DNA of 32,000 nucleotides from Candidatus Iainarchaeum sp. (GTDB lineage: Archaea > Iainarchaeota > Iainarchaeia > Iainarchaeales > JAZDEL01). The notes under the pieces are model-generated. The model did no database searches. It saw only the letters and a program-made list of their open reading frames with translations, and had not been told where the DNA came from. The translations under genes and the position numbers were made by a program. Where the stretch lies: assembly GCA_043808785.1 (NCBI GenBank), contig JAZDEL010000001.1, positions 182,455-214,454 of the forward strand. The letters are read 5' to 3'. Positions 23,348-29,916 of this stretch are shown piece by piece. Numbering within the stretch: position 1 is the first letter of the stretch; the number at the start of each line of letters is the position of its first letter.

Positions 23348-25443
23348 GCGGCATTAAATTGTTTAGAAAGCCGCGGGGGGTAGTCATAGTAGCGCCGGCG
23401 ACTGCCTATATGGTAATCTCCATTTGTGTCGTGATACTTGCCTTAATTATTCTCACTACGGGGCTTATTTTTAAGAGTGATATCAAGGAGTTTATTTATT
23501 CCATCACCGTAACGCCCGCAAAGTGGCTAATGGGGGAGAATGACAAGCCCGCCACAGGGGGGCTTGCAAACATTACTGGCACTTGCAAGGGTTTTGACCT
23601 GAAAAAATATTGTGATTCAATAGATGAACTGACCCAAAGGGGCGAAAGCATATATACCGAAAGCACCGACCCGCAGAAGTTTTTGCTGAAAACACAGGTT
23701 TATGACCCGCTTGCCGCCATTGGAAAAGGAAATGCAAATGGCGTTGCTGAACTTTGCACGAACATTGCCAAAACCCATTCTGCGCCCTTTATATGGTACG
23801 TTCCTTCATGGAATGGACCTGGGGATGAAGTACAGCCTAATGCGAATGAAACAGTTGACAAGGCGTGGGACGAGTTTTTCGAGAAATTAATGAACACCAA
23901 ACTTAAGGGCGATTTTGAAGGTGCCTCATTCGAGTACCTCTATGATTGGGTAAAGATAGTTTGCGCCAACAAAGACAAGGCAAGCGCAAAAGATTATTAT
24001 TCCATAATGGCCGGGGAAAAAGTGATTACGTCTATTGCTGTTGCGCCAGAGGTGCAGGGCGTTATAAACGCCCTTGACAAGGCGGGCTACTTTGAAAAGG
24101 CAAAGGAATACTGCAAAGACCCCGACTTCCCGTCTGCATATTATGCATGCCCGATTATAGCAAATACTGGCACCAAATACCAAAGTGACTTTATATTTTC
24201 CAGCAGGCCCGACAGCGACAATCCTTTGGAAGTGGCACTTAATAAAAATAAATATCTGACACTGGTTGCAGACCTGAAGAAGGCTGGCGGTTGGGTTAAT
24301 TGGGCTTCATTTGGCTGGTTTAGTCCGTCTGTATTCACGATTACTGTTTCCCCCGAACCAGGCATATTTGAGAATACGGTTGCCTCCACCAGCGTGGATG
24401 TGACCGAGGGTTCATTTGCGAATATGCCAACCGATGACCTGAAAATGAGGGCGTTCTTTAAGGATGTTTTCTTGGACAACAAGGCAAATATTGTCCCTGT
24501 TGCCTATGAGGATGCAAAACAAAAATACCCTAGCGTCTTTGTTTTCCTCCCTCCCCCGACTAGCATAGGGGCATACAAGGGTGTGGACTTTTATGCAATG
24601 AAGCCCTACCTCATTCTGAGTGAAAATGCCCATAGAAAATATTTGGCATTGGGTAGAGGGGGCTTCACAGGCACCGTGGGGCGCATTTGGGATTACGCGT
24701 TAGTACAGGGCACCAATGCCAAAGATTATCTCTCTAGTCAAGTTTCCAATTTAACCAATTCTACCTTCGATTTTACGCTTTCACTCGACCCCCCTGCAGG
24801 GCTAAATAGCACTGTGGATGTTGAGCAAGGCAATGAGCCGTGGGGTAAAATTCCTGCCTCTGCCTGCAAATTTGAAGATGGCGGCAAGACCTGCAAACTC
24901 ACGCTGCCAATAGGCAGTGCGAATATGGCATTATATAAAATAACTTATGATGCCGATGGTGGTGGTGGGGAATATTTGCCCGGGGTTACTAGTATATTGG
25001 CGGATGGAAGCTTTACAAAAGACAGTGTAACCTCCCCCAAGAGCGGATCTGCAACAACGCCTAGGCAGGAAGGCGCTAATCCTGCAGCGCCTGCCGCTAC
25101 CGATGAAGACCTGCAGTTGGAAATAACTGTGGCGGGCAAGGGAATTGAAAACCTCCTGCCTACACTGAAGGCAAAGGAGTCCGACACTTCCCTTATGCAG
25201 GAGATATTCTCGCTCAAGGACAGCAAGGGAACGGACATTGACTTTGATATGGAGATAACCCCCCCCAACATAATATTGCTCACGATACGAAAGGATGAGC
25301 TGGCTAAAAAGTCGTTGCATACTGGCGACAAACTTATGCTTGAGATGAAGTTCAGCAACGAGAAACTGGATAAGGATAACTATAAAAAGTACAAAAACTT
25401 TAGTATAAGTGATAACTCTGCTCTTGAGGTGCAGGTAAATTGA
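23344..25443 (+). CDS. Large exported hypothetical protein with a class III (type IV pilin-like) signal-peptide-like N-terminus
   Basis: This is a 699-aa protein counted from the ATG at 23344; the track uses the TTG at 23335. The N-terminus MSGIKLFRKPRG/VVIVAPATAYMVISICVVILALIILTTGLIF has a charged head, then RG followed by a long hydrophobic stretch. No other domain was recognised. Two lines I counted by hand gave lower GC (about 40-47%). Confidence 0.65.
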   Translation: MSGIKLFRKPRGVVIVAPATAYMVISICVVILALIILTTGLIFKSDIKEFIYSITVTPAKWLMGENDKPATGGLANITGTCKGFDLKKYCDSIDELTQRGESIYTESTDPQKFLLKTQVYDPLAAIGKGNANGVAELCTNIAKTHSAPFIWYVPSWNGPGDEVQPNANETVDKAWDEFFEKLMNTKLKGDFEGASFEYLYDWVKIVCANKDKASAKDYYSIMAGEKVITSIAVAPEVQGVINALDKAGYFEKAKEYCKDPDFPSAYYACPIIANTGTKYQSDFIFSSRPDSDNPLEVALNKNKYLTLVADLKKAGGWVNWASFGWFSPSVFTITVSPEPGIFENTVASTSVDVTEGSFANMPTDDLKMRAFFKDVFLDNKANIVPVAYEDAKQKYPSVFVFLPPPTSIGAYKGVDFYAMKPYLILSENAHRKYLALGRGGFTGTVGRIWDYALVQGTNAKDYLSSQVSNLTNSTFDFTLSLDPPAGLNSTVDVEQGNEPWGKIPASACKFEDGGKTCKLTLPIGSANMALYKITYDADGGGGEYLPGVTSILADGSFTKDSVTSPKSGSATTPRQEGANPAAPAATDEDLQLEITVAGKGIENLLPTLKAKESDTSLMQEIFSLKDSKGTDIDFDMEITPPNIILLTIRKDELAKKSLHTGDKLMLEMKFSNEKLDKDNYKKYKNFSISDNSALEVQVN

Positions 25444-25453
25444 TGGCGGTCTT

Positions 25454-26245
25454 ATGCTCGCTCGAAACAAAGTTGTACTGTTGCTGATTGTCGTGCTTTT
25501 GGCTGCGCCATTTATTGTGGCGAAACTTCAAAAGTTCACTGTAAACGCATCAACAGGGACCGCGCAGGCTGAGCAGGATGCGTCTAAGCCACCCGTAAAA
25601 CCGCCAACAACTCCCCCCGCGCAAACACAGCCCGCCCCAATCGGGCAGCCGAAAATAACACTGGTTGGCGATAGCCCCGTGCCCCCGGGCGAAAATATTC
25701 CCTTTCCCGCCGACGGAAAAAACCTGACTGTCGTTTATGCGCCAATTTCCTCGGCAACGGAGGCGACTCTTGAGTTGTGGGCGCTTACGCCTGAAGAGGC
25801 TGCTGGTTTCTCAAAGCTTACTTTCGATGAAAAAAACAAGGCCGACAGCGGAAATTTCAGACGTAGGCAGTGCTATTTATGGGAGCCTGCCCCGCCCCCG
25901 AAAAACGGTATTTTTGAATTCACTGTCAAGTGGAACACGCCGTGCCATCCTAAATTTGAGACGACTTACGGAAGCATTATTCTAGGTGACTTTTACACGA
26001 TGTATGGGTCTTACCAGATGCTTGGGAGCAATTATTCCTTTTATCTCGTTGTTGAGAACAACGTGGCAGGCACCTGGGTAGATTCCGAGCCCGTGCGCCT
26101 CGAATATTCCGACGACTGCAAGAAGTGCGACACAATCCTCTGGTGCAAGGCATGCATGGACTGGAGGCTTGTTAAGTCGGTTTTCGCCGAGCCCGCTGCT
26201 GCGGCGCCAACAGCGCCCGCGCCGCCGGCAACGCCTCCGAAGTGA
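25454..26245 (+). CDS. Membrane-anchored or exported hypothetical protein with a Pro-rich linker and a Cys-rich C-terminus
   Basis: This is a 263-aa ORF. It has an N-terminal hydrophobic helix, a KPPVKPPTTPPAQTQPAP linker, the sequence DDCKKCDTILWCKACMDW, and a Pro/Ala tail. Confidence 0.65.
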   Translation: MLARNKVVLLLIVVLLAAPFIVAKLQKFTVNASTGTAQAEQDASKPPVKPPTTPPAQTQPAPIGQPKITLVGDSPVPPGENIPFPADGKNLTVVYAPISSATEATLELWALTPEEAAGFSKLTFDEKNKADSGNFRRRQCYLWEPAPPPKNGIFEFTVKWNTPCHPKFETTYGSIILGDFYTMYGSYQMLGSNYSFYLVVENNVAGTWVDSEPVRLEYSDDCKKCDTILWCKACMDWRLVKSVFAEPAAAAPTAPAPPATPPK

Positions 26246-26258
26246 GCATAGTCCGATA

Positions 26259-26298
26259 GTGTATACTATTTATATACATTTGTATACTTTTAGTATAC
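26259..26298. promoter_or_regulatory. Promoter of the wHTH-MNT operon with phased GTATAC palindromes
   Basis: GTATAC occurs at 26261-26266, 26282-26287 and 26293-26298, with ATATAC at 26272-26277. The spacing is about 10-11 nt. The TATA-like TTTATATA (26269-26276) lies 22 nt upstream of the ATG at 26299. Confidence 0.55.
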
Positions 26299-26913
26299 AT
26301 GGCGCGTACGCCTGATTTGCTTTTCGGCTCTGCAACAAGGGTCAGGCTGCTTGAACTTCTCCTTTTCAATGCGGGTGCGCAGCTGCACCTGCGCGAAATA
26401 GCGAGGCGCGCCAAAGCGGTGCCGACATTCGCGAAAAAGGAGCTCGGCAGGCTCGAGGCATGCGGACTTGTGAAGCGCGCGGAGCAGGGGAACATGCTTC
26501 TTTACTCCGCGAACGAAAAAAGCCCGCTCTACAATGACATGCGCTCCCTGCTCCTCAAAACCTCGCTCCTGCCGGAACAGCTGAAGAAAATTCTGCAGAA
26601 ATTCGACGTGAAGTTTGCGCTTATTTACGGCAGTTTTGCAGCGGGAACCGAAAGCAGGGGAAGCGATGTAGATATGCTTATTGTGGGAAATGTCCGTGAG
26701 CGGGAGTTCATTGCGCCCCTGCATGAACTTGAGGGAAGGCTCGGCAGGGAGGTAAATTATATAATCTGGACTGAACATGAGTTCAATAAGCGCGCAGGGG
26801 AGGGGAACGGGCTGCTTGTTAACATAGCAAGGAATCCGGTTATCTTCCTGGCAGGGGATGAGGATGAGTTTGGAAGAATTGCTGGAAAAAGGCCTGGTAA
26901 AAAAGGCGGATAA
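26299..26913 (+). CDS. Winged-helix DNA-binding domain fused to a minimal nucleotidyltransferase (MNT, antitoxin-type)
   Basis: The N-terminus RVRLLELLL...LHLREIARRA...ELGRLEACGLV is ArsR/wHTH-like. The NTase motif is YGSFAAGTESRGSDVDMLIV (GS-x9-DxD). Confidence 0.8.
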   Translation: MARTPDLLFGSATRVRLLELLLFNAGAQLHLREIARRAKAVPTFAKKELGRLEACGLVKRAEQGNMLLYSANEKSPLYNDMRSLLLKTSLLPEQLKKILQKFDVKFALIYGSFAAGTESRGSDVDMLIVGNVREREFIAPLHELEGRLGREVNYIIWTEHEFNKRAGEGNGLLVNIARNPVIFLAGDEDEFGRIAGKRPGKKGG

Positions 26914-27289
26914 GGATGCCGCAGCTGCAAGGAAGTTCCTCGCAATCGCGGGGCGCGACCTGAAGGCTGCGGAAGATAATCTGGAATATGAGAACTACGA
27001 CTGGAGCCTGGCAATGGCTTACAATGCAATGCTCCAGTGCGGGCGCGCCCTCATGCATTCGCTCGGCCATGTCCCGAGCGGAAGCCAGAGCCATGTTGCA
27101 ATAGTGCGGTTCGTCCAGAACCATTTCAGGGGCGAAAAAGACAAAGGAATTTTCCTGCTTTTTGACAAGATAAGGAAAAAGAGGCACCAGGCGGTCTATG
27201 ACGAGGCGGGAATTGTGACATTAAGCATGGCGAGCCAGGCGATAAAGACAGCGGAAGAGTTCATGGAAAAAATAAAGAAGGAGATTTAA
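26858..27289 (+). CDS. HEPN domain protein (toxin-type partner of MNT)
   Basis: This is a 143-aa all-helical protein. The R-x4-6-H motif lies within IRKKRHQAVYD. It overlaps the 3' end of the MNT gene by about 50 nt. The start is ATG 26858 or 26864. Confidence 0.75.
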   Translation: MRMSLEELLEKGLVKKADKDAAAARKFLAIAGRDLKAAEDNLEYENYDWSLAMAYNAMLQCGRALMHSLGHVPSGSQSHVAIVRFVQNHFRGEKDKGIFLLFDKIRKKRHQAVYDEAGIVTLSMASQAIKTAEEFMEKIKKEI

Positions 27290-27291
27290 GG

Positions 27292-28005
27292 GTGAGCGGC
27301 AGCCTTGAGGGGTTCCTGCGAAAGCATAAACTTTCCCTCGTTCAGCGGGAGCGCATAGCAAAGGGCTGGAGCAGCGAGGTTTTCCTTGTCGGGCGCGGAA
27401 GCAAGGGCGCGCGCGGAAAAAAACAAGGCGCCCGTGCGGGGTTCGCGCCGAAAAGCGGAAAGCAAAAACCGCGCGAAAGGTTCGCCCTGAAAATAGAAAA
27501 ACCAAAATCCCCGCGCATCGGCATGGTTAGGCGCGAGGTCGAGAACCTGAAAACCGCGAACAATGCAGGCGTGGGGCCGAAGTTAGTTTCCTTCGACCTG
27601 AAGCGCAAAATTATCCTCATGGAATTCATTGATGGCGTAACCCTTCGGGAGTTTTTGTTTGACGCCCTGCCCGCGAAAATAAAAAGCAAAAAAACGCGAA
27701 GCAGGGTTCTGCACAATTTCCTGGACAAACTTTTTGAGCAGGCCGAGGCGCTGGATAAGGCTGGCTTGGACCACGGGCAATTAGCGGGCAAGGGAAAAAA
27801 CATCCTTGTGCGCGAAATTAAAGGGCGCGGCAAGAGTTTGCGCAAGGGCAAGGGTCCGCGGCACGAATGCGAACCCGTAATTATTGATTTTGAGAAGGCT
27901 TCCCCGAACAGGCGCGTGCACAACCGCAACCAGATTGAGGGGTTCCTTCTGAAAAACAAGTACGGCGCCTTCGCGAAGAAAACAAAAGAAATTTTGCAGG
28001 GTTAG
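27292..28005 (+). CDS. Small atypical protein kinase-like protein (RIO/Bud32-like fold; HGQL catalytic loop)
   Basis: It starts at a GTG 2 nt after the HEPN stop. It carries IAKGWSSEVF (Gly-loop-like), FALKIEK (Lys), RREVENL (Glu), LMEFIDG (hinge), LDHGQLAGKGKNILV and VIIDFEKAS. I checked the CAA (Gln) codon in HGQL on the DNA. A basic insert (GSKGARGKKQGARAGFAPKSGKQKPRE) lies in the N-lobe. Confidence 0.55.
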   Translation: MSGSLEGFLRKHKLSLVQRERIAKGWSSEVFLVGRGSKGARGKKQGARAGFAPKSGKQKPRERFALKIEKPKSPRIGMVRREVENLKTANNAGVGPKLVSFDLKRKIILMEFIDGVTLREFLFDALPAKIKSKKTRSRVLHNFLDKLFEQAEALDKAGLDHGQLAGKGKNILVREIKGRGKSLRKGKGPRHECEPVIIDFEKASPNRRVHNRNQIEGFLLKNKYGAFAKKTKEILQG

Positions 28006-28053
28006 CATGGCGAAAAGGTTTTTATTCAGGAACCCATAATTGATTGTGGTTTC

Positions 28054-28653
28054 ATGGCTTCAAGAGGTTTCAGGCTTAACTGGGTCGCAGTTTCAATCGC
28101 CCTGCTTGCTCTTGCCGGCACGCTCGGCTATTTCTACCTTGCAGGGGAAGATGTAAAGCGCTCAGTGGAGGAGGAAGGTGCGGCTTTTGGGGAGCGTGCA
28201 CCCATAGTGAGCCTCGTAATACTTACTGTATATTTCAGGCATTTTGAGCAGAACCCGCAGGCTATCGATAGGGAAAGCGGGCGGATTTGCACAGAGAGTG
28301 GTGCCGAATGCGCCGAGAGGTTTTCCCCGAACGAAAGCGCAAGGCAGGCGTGCAAAAACGCCGCAGGCTTGATAACAATCTATGCGCGGAACATAAAAAA
28401 CGAAAATTCCGTTTTGCTGGGTTTCAATTCGGTTGCGCTAAAATTTTCCGGCGCGAACTGCAATATCGGCGGCCCTGCCGAGAACGGCTTTTACGTGCAG
28501 GGGTTTCCGATATATGCCGGCCCTTATCGCGGCTTGTCTGAAAAGGAAGACTGGGAGTGCAACCTCCCCGCCTATCTAAGAAATTATGGTGCGGTTGAGG
28601 CTGCAAAAGGCTTTGCCGCCTGCCTGCAGGAACTGGAGAATGCGCAGCAATAA
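28054..28653 (+). CDS. Membrane-anchored or exported Cys-containing hypothetical protein
   Basis: This is a 199-aa ORF with an N-terminal helix (WVAVSIALLALAGTLGYFYL) and 7 Cys residues in the predicted extracytoplasmic part. Confidence 0.55.
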   Translation: MASRGFRLNWVAVSIALLALAGTLGYFYLAGEDVKRSVEEEGAAFGERAPIVSLVILTVYFRHFEQNPQAIDRESGRICTESGAECAERFSPNESARQACKNAAGLITIYARNIKNENSVLLGFNSVALKFSGANCNIGGPAENGFYVQGFPIYAGPYRGLSEKEDWECNLPAYLRNYGAVEAAKGFAACLQELENAQQ

Positions 28654-28664
28654 AGCCGGTAGTT

Positions 28665-28898
28665 TCAGCCCATCGCCTTTAAAACAGCCTTCTCGGGCTC
28701 CTTAAGCACAAAGCCTATTTTCGGGAGCGCGTTCTTGGGCAGGTTCTCCGAAACATCCAGTATTTCCAAACCCAAAATTTTGCCGTCCTTATCGTAATCG
28801 ACAATCAGCCCGTCCTTTACCTCGTCGCTCTCGAAATATTCGGCCTCGCTGAACCTTATATACATTGCATCATTTTTCTCGTCATACCTTATTCTCAT
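28665..28898 (-). CDS. DUF2283 (YuzE-like) protein, putative antitoxin
   Basis: The sequence is MRIRYDEKNDAMYIRFSE...GLIVDYDKDGKILGLEILDVS. I chose the ATG at 28898, which overlaps the upstream stop (ATGA at 28895-28898). Confidence 0.7.
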   Translation of the reverse strand: MRIRYDEKNDAMYIRFSEAEYFESDEVKDGLIVDYDKDGKILGLEILDVSENLPKNALPKIGFVLKEPEKAVLKAMG

Positions 28899-29152
28899 TC
28901 TTTCACCCCGTATTTCCAAACCCGTGTCGTGCGGTAGGCGCTTATTACAACAAAGTCCGAGTTCTCGACCACATATATCACCCTTACCAGGAATTTAAAC
29001 CTGCCGATTGTGAAAATTTTCTGCGCAATTTTGCGGTTCTTTTTCGAGTCCAGAATTTGCTCGGGGGCAAGGAGAGTTTGCTCTATAATTTCCCTATCCA
29101 GCCCCCGCTCCCTTATCTGCTCTTCCGCGTGAAGTTCGTACCTTATTCCCAA
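28895..29152 (-). CDS. DUF4258 protein, putative toxin partner of DUF2283
   Basis: This is an 85-aa ORF with a TTG start and GGTGA 4 nt upstream. H.EEQIRERGLDREIIEQTL...FLVRVIYVVENSDFVVISAY matches the DUF4258 pattern. Confidence 0.6.
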   Translation of the reverse strand: MGIRYELHAEEQIRERGLDREIIEQTLLAPEQILDSKKNRKIAQKIFTIGRFKFLVRVIYVVENSDFVVISAYRTTRVWKYGVKE

Positions 29153-29200
29153 TTAATCACCGATGCCGCTTTTGGCAGAGGCGGCACCGGCAGAGGCTAT

Positions 29201-29731
29201 TTATAATCTAAATTTGCGGTCCACTTCGTTAATCAGCACGTCACAAGCAGCCTTCACAGCCTCCAATTGCTTTATGATGCGCTCCTTCTCCTTCTCGATG
29301 TCCTGCATGTTTTCGTAAGGTTCAATCGCCTCGCGGAACATTGAACCATCGACATATGTGTACTGGTGCGTGTCCATTTTCTTCGCAATACGCTCAACAA
29401 CCTTCCCAAGCCAGATGTTCATCTCGTTCTTTACCTGCCCCTTAATCTGCTTCCCCGAAGAGAGGTGCTTCCTGAGCATGTTCACGATTGTCGCGCGCGG
29501 GAATGGCAGCCTGCTTTCGTCCATTTCCTCTTCCCCTTCGCCCTCTATTTCCTCAACAGCATCAAGCGCGCCTTTCTCCTCCGCAGGCGGCTGTTTCGCT
29601 GCAGCCCGCGCTTCCTGCGCCTCCGCAGCCTGTGCCAGGCTGGCGTTCTCTTCCGCCCCTGCAGCCTTACCGTGCCCTGCTTCCGCAGCCTTTGCCTTTT
29701 CCCCTTCGTGCCCGTGCTTCATCTTATTCAT
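29201..29731 (-). CDS. Histone-fold-like protein with an about 74-aa acidic/Ala-rich N-terminal tail and a coiled-coil C-terminal extension
   Basis: The core LPFPRATIVNMLRKHLSSGKQIKGQVKNEMNIWLGKVVERIAKKMDTHQYTYVDGSMFREAI fits the helix-loop-long helix-loop-helix layout of archaeal histones and NF-Y. A GAGGTGA lies 5 nt upstream of the ATG. Confidence 0.45.
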   Translation of the reverse strand: MNKMKHGHEGEKAKAAEAGHGKAAGAEENASLAQAAEAQEARAAAKQPPAEEKGALDAVEEIEGEGEEEMDESRLPFPRATIVNMLRKHLSSGKQIKGQVKNEMNIWLGKVVERIAKKMDTHQYTYVDGSMFREAIEPYENMQDIEKEKERIIKQLEAVKAACDVLINEVDRKFRL

Positions 29732-29916
29732 GTGTTCACCTCGCTTAAAAAACGTAGTTAATGGCTAAAAAAGCCGTATATTATTATTCCACCGTCGGTT
29801 TTTAATGCCTTGCTGTGAAGAAATTGCGCAGGGGTTATGTATAATTTACCCTGCAACAGGTGCCACTCCATTGCCAATAGCCTTAAATATGCCCCGAGTG
29901 TTAATATTTGCTAATT

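Noticed and set aside
26757-27187. Minus-strand ORFs of 90 aa and 115 aa opposite the MNT and HEPN genes
   Set aside because: They are antisense to genes with clear NTase and HEPN motifs and have no features of their own.
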